Shown: positions 33,830 through 43,930, numbered from the stretch's first letter. The stretch: DNA of 64,000 bases from Tagaea sp. (GCA_965279525.1 CBDIIB010000005.1:928001-992000), one strand, 5' to 3'. Made by a program: numbers and translations. The notes: generated from the letters alone by a model not told the origin.

Positions 33830-36357
33830 CGCCGGCTGCCGACCGCTATCCGCTCGCCTGGACGCTTGCCGGGCGCGAGCTGCGCGGCGGCATCAAGGGA
33901 TTCCGCGTGTTCATGGCCTGCCTGATGCTGGGCGTGGCCGCCATCGCGGGCGTGGGGTCGCTTGCCGAGGGCGTGCGCGAAGCGCTGCGCCAGAACGCGC
34001 GTCTGCTGCTGGGCGGCGACGTCGAGCTTTCCTTCACGCACCGCACGACCACGCCCGAACAGCTCGCCTTCCTGACCGCATCCGGCCGCGTGTCGCAGAT
34101 CCTCGAGATGCGCGCGATGGCGCGCACGGCAACCGAGCGCACGCTGGTGGAACTCAAAGCCGTCGACGGCGCCTATCCGCTGGTCGGCGACATTCGAGTT
34201 TCGGGTGCCGCCGACCTTGCCGCCGCGACGGCAAAGGACGCGCAAGGACGCTGGGGGGCCGCCGTCGAGCCGGCCACGCTGTCGCGCCTTTCGATCGCCA
34301 TCGGCGACACGATCGAGGTCGGCGACGGCACGTTCGTCGTGCGCGCGGCGGTCGAAGTCGAGCCGGACCGCTCGGCCAATCTTTTCACGCTGGGCCCGCG
34401 CGTGATGGTGTCGCGTGAAGCACTGGGTGACACGGGCCTCGAACAGCCGGGCGCCCTGATCCGCTACCAGTCGCGCATCGTGCTCGCCCCCGGCACGGAT
34501 CCCGTCGCCTGGATCGAAGCGCTGAAGGCGCGGTTTCCCGACGCCGGCTGGCGCATCCGCGGCGAGAGCGAGGCGGCCCCCGGCCTGCAGCGCTGGATCG
34601 ACCGGATCGCGATGTTCCTGACGCTCGTCGGGCTGACCTCGCTGCTCGTCGGCGGCGTGGGCGTGGCCAACGCGGTGCGCAGCTATCTGGAAAGCCGCAC
34701 GGCGACCATCGCGACGATCAAGTGCCTGGGCGCACCGGGCCGGCTCGTGCTGCGGCTCTATTTGATCCAGATCCTCGCTTTGGCCGTCCTTGGCATCCTT
34801 GCGGGGCTGGCGCTCGGTGCACTTGTCCCGACGGTCGTGGCACCCTTGCTTGCCGAACGCCTGAGCCTTGAAGCGCGCGGCGGGATCTATCCGCTGCCGC
34901 TGCTGATGGCGACGGGCTTCGGGCTGCTGACGGCCCTTGCCTTCACGCTGTGGCCGCTGGCGCGCGCGCGCGAAGTGCCGCCGGCTGCACTTTTCCGCGA
35001 TCTGGTGGCGCCGGTCCGGCGCTGGCCGCGCACCGAATACGTGATCTACACCGCCGCTGCCGTGCTGGCCCTTGCCGCACTTGCCATCGTCACGTCGATC
35101 GACCGGAAGCTCGGCGCGGGGTTCTGTGCCGCCGCGATCGTCACCTTCGTGATCTTCCGGGGTGCCGCCTGGCTGATCGCGTGGATGGCGCGCCGTCTCG
35201 GGCATGTGCGCAACCCCGCACTGCGGCTCGCACTCGCCAACATGCACCGGCCGGGCAGCCCGACGCCGGGGATCGTGCTGTCGCTCGGGCTTGGTCTCAC
35301 CGTGCTCGTGCTGATCGCGCAGGTGCAGGGCAATTTCGCACGCCAGCTCGCCGAACAGCTGCCGCAGATGGCGCCGTCGTTCTTCTTCATCGACATCCAG
35401 CCCGACCAGATCGTCGCGTTTGACGCGCTCGTCGAGAAGCATCCCGGTGTGGGCGAGGTGCGGCAGGTGCCTTCGTTGCGCGGTCGCATCGTGCGGCTCA
35501 ACGGCGTGCCGGTCGAGCAGGTCGAGATCGCCCCCGACGCGCGCTGGGCGATCGGTTCGGACCGCGGGCTTACCTATACCGGGCCGATGCCGGCGGGCAC
35601 GCGGCTGGTCGCCGGAGAATGGTGGCCGGCGAACTATGCCGGCCCGCCGCTCGTTTCGTTTGACGCGCAGATCGCCAAGGGCATGGGGCTGGGCGTGGGC
35701 GACACGATCACGATCAACGTGCTGGGTCGCGAGATGGAAGCACGAATCGCCAACCTGCGCGCCATCGACTGGACGAGCCTGGGCATCAATTTCACGCTGA
35801 CCTTCGCGCCGGGCATGCTCGAAGGCGCCCCGCAGACCTGGATCGCGACGGCACAGGTCGAAGGGGCCGACGAGGACGCGCTCGAGCGCGCCGTCACCGC
35901 CGCCTTCCCGAACGTGTCGTCGATCCGCGTCAAGCGGGCGCTCGCCACCGCCCGTCAGACAGTCACCGGGATCGCCACGGCCGCGCGCGTCACGGCCGCG
36001 ATCACGCTGGTGGCCGGCACGCTGGTGCTGGCTGGCGCCATCCTCGCCACGCAGCGCCGGCGCACCTACGACGCGGTCGTGCTCAAGGTGCTGGGTGCGC
36101 GCCGACGCGACATCATGCGCGCCCTGCTGACCGAGTTCGCGCTCACCGGGGCGGCCGCCGCGACCGTCGCCGCGATCATCGGCACGGCCTGTGCGGCCCT
36201 GCTGATCGGCATCTACATGCGCATCGATTTCGTCGTGCTGCCGGGCACGCTGGCAGCCACCATCGCGGGTGCGGCCCTCGCCGTCGCCCTGCTGGGCCTC
36301 GCCGGGACCTGGCGCGCCCTTGGCCAGAAAGCGGCCCCGCTGCTGCGCAACGCCTGA
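33826..36357 (+). CDS. ABC transporter permease (YbbP/FtsX-like)
   Basis: GTGA overlap; RELRGG, LLGGDV, APSFFFIDIQ; two FtsX-type TM blocks. Confidence 0.9.
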   Translation: MTPAADRYPLAWTLAGRELRGGIKGFRVFMACLMLGVAAIAGVGSLAEGVREALRQNARLLLGGDVELSFTHRTTTPEQLAFLTASGRVSQILEMRAMARTATERTLVELKAVDGAYPLVGDIRVSGAADLAAATAKDAQGRWGAAVEPATLSRLSIAIGDTIEVGDGTFVVRAAVEVEPDRSANLFTLGPRVMVSREALGDTGLEQPGALIRYQSRIVLAPGTDPVAWIEALKARFPDAGWRIRGESEAAPGLQRWIDRIAMFLTLVGLTSLLVGGVGVANAVRSYLESRTATIATIKCLGAPGRLVLRLYLIQILALAVLGILAGLALGALVPTVVAPLLAERLSLEARGGIYPLPLLMATGFGLLTALAFTLWPLARAREVPPAALFRDLVAPVRRWPRTEYVIYTAAAVLALAALAIVTSIDRKLGAGFCAAAIVTFVIFRGAAWLIAWMARRLGHVRNPALRLALANMHRPGSPTPGIVLSLGLGLTVLVLIAQVQGNFARQLAEQLPQMAPSFFFIDIQPDQIVAFDALVEKHPGVGEVRQVPSLRGRIVRLNGVPVEQVEIAPDARWAIGSDRGLTYTGPMPAGTRLVAGEWWPANYAGPPLVSFDAQIAKGMGLGVGDTITINVLGREMEARIANLRAIDWTSLGINFTLTFAPGMLEGAPQTWIATAQVEGADEDALERAVTAAFPNVSSIRVKRALATARQTVTGIATAARVTAAITLVAGTLVLAGAILATQRRRTYDAVVLKVLGARRRDIMRALLTEFALTGAAAATVAAIIGTACAALLIGIYMRIDFVVLPGTLAATIAGAALAVALLGLAGTWRALGQKAAPLLRNA

Positions 36358-36438
36358 CCAAGGCGCATTTCACACCCGATTTCCGTAATAAGACGCTGAA
36401 AAGCCATATTTATCAGTCGGAATGGCGATATCCGGGAT

Positions 36439-36468
36439 ATTGAATTCCGGGGCAGGAGCCCCCATTAT
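36439..36468 (+). promoter_or_regulatory. Putative RpoH (sigma32) promoter
   Basis: ATTGAA-N15-CCCCATTAT, close to the CTTGAA..CCCCATNT consensus, upstream of the BI-1/YccA gene. Confidence 0.6.
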
Positions 36469-36527
36469 CCTGTCAGTCCGGTTCCGGCATCCGCCGGGTC
36501 CGTAAATTTTCTGGGAGCCAGATACCC

Positions 36528-37244
36528 ATGTATGAGACCGAAAGACAGTATATGCCGCGCGCCGGCGTCGATGCCGCGGCATTCGACGAAGGGCTGCGCA
36601 GCTATATGCTCGGCATCTACAACTACATGGCTTCGGCCGTGGCGTTGTCGGGCATCGTGGCTTTCCTGGTCGCCGGTTCGCCGGCGGTCTCGCAGCTGCT
36701 CTTCGGCACCCCGCTGAAGTGGGTCGTGATGCTCGCCCCGCTCGGCTTCGTGATGCTGATGTCGTTCCGCTTCGAGAAGATGTCGAAGCCGGTGCTGCTG
36801 GCGATGTTCTGGGTGTTCGCGGCCCTGATGGGTGCGTCGATGGCGGCGATCCTGATGGTCTTCACGGGTGCGTCGGTCGCGCGCGCCTTCTTCATCGCGG
36901 CCGGCATGTTCGCCGGTGTCAGCATCTACGGCTACACGACCAAGGCTGACCTGACGAAGTTCTCGACCTTCCTGATCATGGGCCTGATCGGCCTCGTGGT
37001 CGCGAGCCTGGTCAACATCTTCGTCCAGTCGTCGATGATGCAGTTCGTCATCTCGGCGGTGTCGGTGCTGGTGTTCTGCGGCCTGACGGCATGGGACACG
37101 CAGCGCCTCAAGGACACCTACGCCGAGGCGGCAGGCACGGAGATGGAAGGCAAGCTCGCCGTGATGGGCGCGCTCTCGCTGTACCTCAACTTCGTGAACC
37201 TGTTCCAGGCGCTCGTGCATCTGGTCGGCAACAAGGAAGAGTAG
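36528..37244 (+). CDS. Bax inhibitor-1/YccA family membrane protein
   Basis: DEGLRSYML.IYNYM, YGYTTK.DL, TAWDTQRLK, GALSLYLNFVNLF. Confidence 0.95.
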   Translation: MYETERQYMPRAGVDAAAFDEGLRSYMLGIYNYMASAVALSGIVAFLVAGSPAVSQLLFGTPLKWVVMLAPLGFVMLMSFRFEKMSKPVLLAMFWVFAALMGASMAAILMVFTGASVARAFFIAAGMFAGVSIYGYTTKADLTKFSTFLIMGLIGLVVASLVNIFVQSSMMQFVISAVSVLVFCGLTAWDTQRLKDTYAEAAGTEMEGKLAVMGALSLYLNFVNLFQALVHLVGNKEE

Positions 37245-37271
37245 TTCGTCCGACCTTCGGGTCGCCGATCG

Positions 37272-37303
37272 AGCCCCGGACCGGAAACGGTCCGGGGCTT
37301 TTT
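37272..37303 (+). terminator. Rho-independent terminator
   Basis: AGCCCCGGACCG-GAAA-CGGTCCGGGGCT followed by TTTT; preceded by a CGACC-TTCG-GGTCG hairpin at 37251-37264. Confidence 0.9.
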
Positions 37304-37480
37304 CGTTTCCATACCAATGTATGAATTGCCGGGCGCGACGCCCGATCACGTACAACAATAGTATGTATTCGAATTTTTATGCGTCCTCCGGGAGAAACCT
37401 TCCGGTAATACTCTTTCCGTAGAGTCGCCCGCGATCCATCCCGTCGCGAGAGAGACATCCGGATGCGAAAGGACGAAGAC

Positions 37481-38983
37481 ATGTTCCCCCTGTTCGGTTC
37501 CTTCGAGGCCCAGGCCACGCTCGCCGCCCTCGACAGGTCGCTTGCGGTCATCGAGTTCGAACCGGACGGCACGATCGTGCGCGCGAACGACAATTTCCTG
37601 AAGACGATGGGCTATGCACCGGACGATGTGAAAGGCCGGCATCACGGCATGTTCGTCGAGGCCGGCTATCGCGACAGTGCCGAATACCGGGAGTTCTGGG
37701 AAAGCCTGCGCCGGGGCGAGCACAAGCGCGCGCAGTTCAGGCGGATCGGCAAGGACGGGCGCGAAGTGTGGATCGAGGCGACTTACAATCCGGTCCTTGG
37801 CCGGAACGGCACGCCGTTCAAGATCGTCAAGTTCGCGACCGACGCGAGTGCCGCCAAGAGCGAGTATGCGGATCTACTCGGCAAGGTGAATGCCATCGGC
37901 CGGTCGCAGGCGACGATCGAATTCAACCCGGATGGCACGATCATCACCGCCAACGAGAATTTCCTCGCCGTGCTCGGCTACACGCTCGACGAGATCCGCG
38001 GCAAGCACCACGGCATGTTTGTCGATCCGGCAGAGCGTGCGGGCGCCGCGTACCGCGAGTTCTGGGCCGCCCTCAATCGCGGCGAGTTCCGCGCCGCGCA
38101 ATATCGCCGCATCGGCAAGGGCAGCAGGGAGATCTGGATCGAGGCGTCCTATAACCCGATCTTCGATCTCAACGGCAGGCTCGTGAAGGTCGTGAAGTTC
38201 GCGACCGACCTGTCGAAGCGCAAGGAAGCCAACGCCAAGCTCGCCGCCGACTTCGAAACCGGCGTCAAGGCGCTGGCCGGCACGGTCGGCGGATCGGCCG
38301 GCGAGCTGGAAGTCACCGCCCAGTCGCTCGCGGCCGCCGCTGACCAGACGAACCAGCAATCCTCCATGGTCGCGACCGCGTCCGAGCAGCTGACGTCGTC
38401 CGTCGGCGAGATATCCCGCCAGCTGGCCGAAGCCACGAAGGTGATCGATGTCGCGGTCGAAGAATCCGAGAGGTCGAACCGGATGGTGCGCGACCTGGTC
38501 GGGATCGCCGAGCGGATCGGCGAGGTGACCAAGATGATCGCCCAGATCGCCAACCAGACGAACCTGCTGGCGCTCAACGCGACGATCGAGGCCGCGCGCG
38601 CCGGCGATGCCGGCAAGGGCTTCGCGGTCGTGGCATCCGAAGTGAAATCGCTGGCCAACCAGACGGCCAAGGCGACCGACGAGATCTCCGAGCAGATCGG
38701 CGCCATCCAGTCGTCCAGCAAATCGACCGCCGACGCGATCGGCGAGATCGCGCGCGTCATCACGCGCATCAGCGAGGTCAATACCTCGATCTCGGGCGCC
38801 ATCGAGGAACAGTCGGTCGCCACGCGCGAAGTCTCGTCGAACATCGCCGGTGTGCAGCAGGCTGCCGAAGCGACCGGGCGCTCGTCGACAGGCGTCCTCG
38901 AATCCTCCCGGGCCTTGAAATCGCAGGCGGCGGAGCTGGCGACCCGCGTCGACGGGTTCCTTGCCAGCGTCCGGTCGATGTAG
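37481..38983 (+). CDS. Soluble methyl-accepting chemotaxis protein with two PAS domains
   Basis: Duplicated PAS (IEF.PDGTI..AN.NFL, WIEA.YNP); [20 protein letters not shown] signalling hairpin; no TM; start 37481 or 37463. Confidence 0.93.
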   Translation: MFPLFGSFEAQATLAALDRSLAVIEFEPDGTIVRANDNFLKTMGYAPDDVKGRHHGMFVEAGYRDSAEYREFWESLRRGEHKRAQFRRIGKDGREVWIEATYNPVLGRNGTPFKIVKFATDASAAKSEYADLLGKVNAIGRSQATIEFNPDGTIITANENFLAVLGYTLDEIRGKHHGMFVDPAERAGAAYREFWAALNRGEFRAAQYRRIGKGSREIWIEASYNPIFDLNGRLVKVVKFATDLSKRKEANAKLAADFETGVKALAGTVGGSAGELEVTAQSLAAAADQTNQQSSMVATASEQLTSSVGEISRQLAEATKVIDVAVEESERSNRMVRDLVGIAERIGEVTKMIAQIANQTNLLALNATIEAARAGDAGKGFAVVASEVKSLANQTAKATDEISEQIGAIQSSSKSTADAIGEIARVITRISEVNTSISGAIEEQSVATREVSSNIAGVQQAAEATGRSSTGVLESSRALKSQAAELATRVDGFLASVRSM

Positions 38984-38990
38984 CCTCGCG

Positions 38991-40118
38991 TCAACCCATC
39001 CAGAGGATCTGGCGGACGACGTCGCCGGCGGCAAGCCGGTCGAAGGCCTCGTTGAGACCGTCGAGGCCGATCCGGTCGCTCATCAGGCGATCGACCGGCA
39101 GCTTTCCGCGCCGCCACAGTTCGACATAGCGCGGGATGTCGCGCAGCGGCACCGCACCGCCGACATACGAGCCCTTCACGGTGCGTTCCTCGGCGACGAG
39201 GCTGACCGGCGACAGCGACCACATGTGCGATGGATTGGGCAGGCCTGCGGTGACGGTCGTGCCGCCGCGCCGCGTGATCCGGTAGGCAAGCTCCATCGCC
39301 TTGACCGAGCCGGCCATCTCGAACGCGTGATCCACGCCGCCGGGAACAAGTGCTTTCACGCGCTCGGCGGCATCCGCCTCGCGCGCGTCGACCGCGTCGG
39401 TGGCCCCCAGCTGACGGGCAAGCTCGAGCTTGCGCGGATCGAGATCGACCGCGACGATGGCGCGCGCACCTGCCGCGTTGGCACCCAGCAGCGCATTCAG
39501 ACCGACTCCGCCAAGGCCCACCACCGCGACGCTGTCGCCGGCCTGAACCCGCGCGGTGTTGACGACGGCACCCACGCCGGTCAGCACCGCGCAGCCGAAC
39601 AGGGCCGCCACATCGAGCGGCACGGACCTGTCGATGCGGATCGCGGAACGGCGCGAGATGACTGCCTGCTCGGCGAAGGCCGAAACACCGAGATGATGGT
39701 TGAGGGCCGTGCCATCGCGCGCGATGCGCCGCGCACCCGACAGCAGCGTGCCCGCCCCGTTGGCCTTGGCCCCCGGCTCGCACAAGGCCGGCCGTCCTTC
39801 GGCGCACGGCAGACAGCAGCCGCACGACGGCACGAAGACCATAACGACATGGTCGCCGACCGACAGGTCGTCGACGCCGACACCCAGCTCTTCGACGATG
39901 CCCGCCGCCTCGTGGCCCAGCGCCATCGGCATGACACGCGGCCGGTCGCCGTTGATGACGGAGAGGTCCGAATGGCAGAGGCCTGCCGCGACGATGCGCA
40001 CGCGGATCTCGCCAGATCCCGGCGGGGACAGCTCTATCGATTCGATCCTGAGCGGCTTGCTCGCCGTGTAGGGGCGGGACGCGCCCATCGATTCGAGAAT
40101 TGCTGCACGGACACGCAT
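38991..40118 (-). CDS. Zinc-dependent alcohol dehydrogenase (MDR family)
   Basis: GLCHSD, GHE, CGCCLPC....LC structural Zn site, GLGGVG. Confidence 0.92.
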   Translation of the reverse strand: MRVRAAILESMGASRPYTASKPLRIESIELSPPGSGEIRVRIVAAGLCHSDLSVINGDRPRVMPMALGHEAAGIVEELGVGVDDLSVGDHVVMVFVPSCGCCLPCAEGRPALCEPGAKANGAGTLLSGARRIARDGTALNHHLGVSAFAEQAVISRRSAIRIDRSVPLDVAALFGCAVLTGVGAVVNTARVQAGDSVAVVGLGGVGLNALLGANAAGARAIVAVDLDPRKLELARQLGATDAVDAREADAAERVKALVPGGVDHAFEMAGSVKAMELAYRITRRGGTTVTAGLPNPSHMWSLSPVSLVAEERTVKGSYVGGAVPLRDIPRYVELWRRGKLPVDRLMSDRIGLDGLNEAFDRLAAGDVVRQILWMG

Positions 40119-40142
40119 CGGTCCTCCCTTTCGGGAGGAAGG

Positions 40143-41468
40143 CTACCAGCCGATGGCCTTGGGAAGCCAGAGGGCGAGCGCCGGGAAATAGAAGACCAGC
40201 ACCAGGGCCACGAGCTGCAGCCCGATGAAGGTCCACACACCGCGATAGATGTCGTTGGTCGAGATTTCCGGCGGCGCCACGCCGCGCAGGAAGAAAAGCG
40301 CCCAGCCGAAGGGCGGAGTCAGGAAGCTCGTCTGCAGGTTCACGCAGATGAGCGTGGCGAGCCACACGAGATCGACACCTTCCTTGATGAAGATCGGCAG
40401 GAACAGCGGCACGGCGATGTAGCTGATCTCGATCCACTCGATGAAGAAGCCGAGCACGAAGATGATCGCCATCATGAACCAGATGCCGGCATCCACGCCG
40501 CCGGGCAGGGCCGCGAACATGTCCTCGACCAGCTTCTCGCCCTGCAGGCCGCGGAAGGCGAGCGCGAAGACCTGCGCGCACATCAAGATGAACATCATCA
40601 TGGCGGTAATCTTGGTCGTGGTCGTCACGGTGTCGCGCAGCACCGCGAACGAGAAACGCCGGCCCAGCGACGTCACGACGATGGCACCGAGTGCCCCCAT
40701 CGACGCGGCTTCGGTCGGGGCCGCGATGCCGGCGATGATCGAGCCGAGCACGGCCACGACCAGACCCAGCGGCGGGGCGACGACGCGCAGCAGCTTTTTC
40801 CACAGTTCCTTGCGCGGCAGTGCGTCGAGCTCTTCCTGCGGGACGGCAGGCACCGAGCCGGGGCGGAAGACGCCCAGCAGCAGGATGTAGATGCAGAAGA
40901 TGCCGGCGAGCATCAGGCCCGGGATCATCGCGGCGGCGAACAGTGTGCCCACCGACTCGTTCAGGATGTCGGCAAGCAGGATCAGGATCAGCGACGGCGG
41001 GATGATCTGGCCAAGCGTGCCCGACGCACAGATGACGCCGCAGGCAAGGCCCTTGTCGTAGCCGCGGCGTAGGAGTGTGGGCAACGTGAGCAGGCCGAGC
41101 GTGACGACCGTGGCACCCACGATGCCGGTCGTGGCCCCCATCAGCACGCCGACGATCACGATGCCGATACCGAGCCCGCCGCGCAGCCGGCCGGCGAGAT
41201 GGCCGATCACGTCCATCAGGTCGATGGCCAGCTTCGATTTCTCCAGCATCACGCCCATGAACACGAACATCGGGATGGCGAGCATCGAATAGTTCGTGAT
41301 GACGCCGTAGAGCCGGTGCGGCAGCAAGTTGAACAGCATCGGCCCGAAGCCGAGCCAGCCGAAGACGAAGCCGGATATGGCAAGGGTCAGCCCGACCGGG
41401 ATGCCGATCATCAGCAGCGCGAAGAAGCTGACAAGCATCGCGATGGCGTAGATTTCGGTCAGCGGCAT
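40143..41468 (-). CDS. TRAP transporter large permease (DctM)
   Basis: LAIPMFVFMG, SGTLGQIIPPS, SFLTPPFG. Confidence 0.93.
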   Translation of the reverse strand: MPLTEIYAIAMLVSFFALLMIGIPVGLTLAISGFVFGWLGFGPMLFNLLPHRLYGVITNYSMLAIPMFVFMGVMLEKSKLAIDLMDVIGHLAGRLRGGLGIGIVIVGVLMGATTGIVGATVVTLGLLTLPTLLRRGYDKGLACGVICASGTLGQIIPPSLILILLADILNESVGTLFAAAMIPGLMLAGIFCIYILLLGVFRPGSVPAVPQEELDALPRKELWKKLLRVVAPPLGLVVAVLGSIIAGIAAPTEAASMGALGAIVVTSLGRRFSFAVLRDTVTTTTKITAMMMFILMCAQVFALAFRGLQGEKLVEDMFAALPGGVDAGIWFMMAIIFVLGFFIEWIEISYIAVPLFLPIFIKEGVDLVWLATLICVNLQTSFLTPPFGWALFFLRGVAPPEISTNDIYRGVWTFIGLQLVALVLVFYFPALALWLPKAIGW

Positions 41469-41478
41469 GGGAGCGTGC

Positions 41479-42000
41479 TCAGGTGCGGCGGTAGAGGATC
41501 GCGTAGCGCGCGGCGAGTGCCGCGTACTGGAGCATCAGGATGGCGAAGCCCAGCGGGATGAAGGCTTTCAGCGCCCAGCGGAACGGCATGCCACCGGGAT
41601 TGGCCGAATCCTCCCACTGGCCCAGCGACTGCGCGACGTAGCCCCACGCGAGCCAGACGACGGTGAAGCTGACCAGCACGCCGGCGACGGCCGATGCGAA
41701 CTCGACCGCGAGCTTGCCGCGCGTTCCGTATTTCGCGAACAGCACGTCGACCCGCACGTGCTCGCCGTGCGCCAGCGCATACGACATGCCGAACAGGCAG
41801 ATCGGTGCCTGCAGATGCCACTCCAGCTCCTGCGCCCACACGGATCCGGTATTGAAGACGTACCGCGAAAGCACGTTGCCAGCCATCAGGCAGACCAGCA
41901 CGAACGTGGTCCACGCGGACCACCGGCCGATCTCCTCGACCAGCCGGTCGATCCGGCGGACCGCGGCGGGCATGCCCGCCGCGTCGTCGACAAGCGTCAC
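41479..42000 (-). CDS. TRAP transporter small permease (DctQ)
   Basis: QELEWHL, HVRVDV, 4 TM segments; GTGA overlap with DctP gene. Confidence 0.88.
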   Translation of the reverse strand: MTLVDDAAGMPAAVRRIDRLVEEIGRWSAWTTFVLVCLMAGNVLSRYVFNTGSVWAQELEWHLQAPICLFGMSYALAHGEHVRVDVLFAKYGTRGKLAVEFASAVAGVLVSFTVVWLAWGYVAQSLGQWEDSANPGGMPFRWALKAFIPLGFAILMLQYAALAARYAILYRRT

Positions 42001-43088
42001 GCCTTCACCCGGATCTTGTTGTGATAGACGGTCTCGCTGTAGCCCGACCACGTATCGAACTTGGCCTTGTAGGCCATGTACGAGTCGTGGACCTTCTTGA
42101 CAACCGGATCGCGCGCGACGGCTTCCTCGAGGATCTTGTCGTTGGCCGTGCGCAGCGCGTCGATGACCGGATCTGGAAGTGCCGACGCGATGACGCCCTG
42201 GTTCTTGATCAGGTCTTCCATCGCCTCGGCATTGTTCTTCTGGCACCACGCTTCGGAGATGACATTGCATGCGGCCGTCGCGTTCTCGACGATGGCCTTG
42301 AGGTCGGCCGGCAGCCGGCCCCAGGCGGCCTTGTTGATGATGAGTTCGGAGGCCGTCGCCGTCTCGTGCCAGCCGGTCGTGTAGTAGTACTTGGCCGCAC
42401 GCTGCAGGCCGAGCTGGCGGTCGAGGAACGGGCCGACGAACTCGGCCGCGTCGATGACGCCGCGCTCGAGGGCCGGGAAGATCTCGCCGCCCGGCAGCAG
42501 GCGCACGTCGACACCCAGCGTCTGGTAGACGCGCCCGGCAAGACCGGGGATGCGCATCTTGAGGCCCTTGAAATCCTCGATCTTCTCGATCGGCTTCTTG
42601 AACCAGCCGGTCATCTGCACGCCGGTATTGCCGCACAGGAACGGCACGACGTTGAAACGGTCATAGACCTCGCGCCACAGGCCGAGGCCGCCGCCGTCGT
42701 ACATCCAGCCGTTCAGGCCCTGGAAATTGAGACCGAACGGGACGGCGGTGAAATACTGGGCAGCGAAGCTCTTGCCGGTCCAGAAATAGGCATTGGCGTA
42801 GTTCATCTCGACGATGCCCTGCGAGACCGCATCGAAGCCCTCGCCGGCCGGCACAAGTTCGCCCGCCCCGAAGAACTGGATCTTGATGCGACCGTTCGAC
42901 ATCGCCTGTATGCGTTCGATCAGGTCCTTGGCGGACCCGGGACCGGTCGAATAAAACGCGGCATTGGGACCGTAGAAGCTGGTCATGCGCCAGTTGAAGG
43001 TGGTCTGCGCCGTGACGACGGCAGGGGCCGCAAGCGTGGCGCCGGTGGCGCCGGCGACGGCACCCGAAATGAATCTGCGACGGAGCAT
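41997..43088 (-). CDS. TRAP substrate-binding protein (DctP/TakP-like), Tat signal
   Basis: MLRRRFI signal, GNTGVQMTGWF, GLKMRIPG, GVIDAAEF. Confidence 0.92.
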   Translation of the reverse strand: MLRRRFISGAVAGATGATLAAPAVVTAQTTFNWRMTSFYGPNAAFYSTGPGSAKDLIERIQAMSNGRIKIQFFGAGELVPAGEGFDAVSQGIVEMNYANAYFWTGKSFAAQYFTAVPFGLNFQGLNGWMYDGGGLGLWREVYDRFNVVPFLCGNTGVQMTGWFKKPIEKIEDFKGLKMRIPGLAGRVYQTLGVDVRLLPGGEIFPALERGVIDAAEFVGPFLDRQLGLQRAAKYYYTTGWHETATASELIINKAAWGRLPADLKAIVENATAACNVISEAWCQKNNAEAMEDLIKNQGVIASALPDPVIDALRTANDKILEEAVARDPVVKKVHDSYMAYKAKFDTWSGYSETVYHNKIRVKA

Positions 43089-43132
43089 GGCTGACCTCGG
43101 ATCGGAAAGGAGGAATCGGGAACTCCCCTTTC

Positions 43133-43163
43133 AGCAATCCATATGCCAGCAATCATGCCGCCA
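43133..43163 (-). promoter_or_regulatory. Putative sigma54 (-24/-12) promoter, in tandem
   Basis: Minus strand TGGCGGCATGATTGC-TGGCATATGGATTGCT: two adjacent GG-N10-GC elements. Confidence 0.6.
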
Positions 43164-43174
43164 TTTGGTTGCGC

Positions 43175-43930
43175 TCAGATGCAGCGGCCGCCATCGACCT
43201 CGAAGGCCACGCCGGTGATGAATTCCGCCTCGTCCGAGCATAGATAGAGGGCGGCGTTCGCGATGTCCGTCGGCGTCGACAGCCGGCCCAGCGGGATCGA
43301 TGCCTTGAACTGTGCGCGCTTTTCCGGCGTGTCGGTTCCCATGAATGTCGCCAGCAGCGGCGTGTCGCCGGCAACGGGGCACAGGCAGTTCACGCGGATC
43401 TTCTCGGGTGCGAGTTCCACGGCCATCGCCTTGGTAAGCGTGATCGCCGCCCCCTTCGAGCCATTGTACCAGACAAGGCCGGGGCGCGGCCTTAGGCCCG
43501 CGGTCGATGCCGTGTTGAGGATCACGCCCCCGCCCTGGCGGCGGAAGACCGGAACAGCCTCGATCGCGGCGAGGTAGATCGACTTCACGTTGACCGCGAA
43601 GACGCGGTCGAACGTCGCTTCGTCGACGCCGAGCATCGGCCCGTTGACGTGGCTGATGCCGGCGTTGTTGACGAGGATGTCGAGCCGGCCCCACCCGTCG
43701 GTCGCGGCAGCGACCATCTTCTTCGTGTCGTCGGCGCGCGATACATCGATCCGCACGGCCTTGGCCGTTCCGCCCGCGCGCCCGATCGCCTCGGCCACGC
43801 GCGCGGCGCCGGCAAGATCGATGTCGGCGACGATGACTTTCGCTCCTTCGGCCGCGAAGCGCTCCGCGATCCCCTCGCCGAAGCCCGAGCCGCCGCCGGT
43901 CACGATCGCGACCTTGTCCTTGAGACGCAT
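43175..43930 (-). CDS. Short-chain dehydrogenase/reductase
   Basis: TGGGSGFG, NNAG, YNGSK, VDGG. Confidence 0.93.
   Translation of the reverse strand: MRLKDKVAIVTGGGSGFGEGIAERFAAEGAKVIVADIDLAGAARVAEAIGRAGGTAKAVRIDVSRADDTKKMVAAATDGWGRLDILVNNAGISHVNGPMLGVDEATFDRVFAVNVKSIYLAAIEAVPVFRRQGGGVILNTASTAGLRPRPGLVWYNGSKGAAITLTKAMAVELAPEKIRVNCLCPVAGDTPLLATFMGTDTPEKRAQFKASIPLGRLSTPTDIANAALYLCSDEAEFITGVAFEVDGGRCI

Noticed and set aside
37376-37462. Possible c-di-GMP riboswitch in the chemoreceptor leader
   Set aside because: Could not identify the GEMM core pattern by eye; needs an Infernal search
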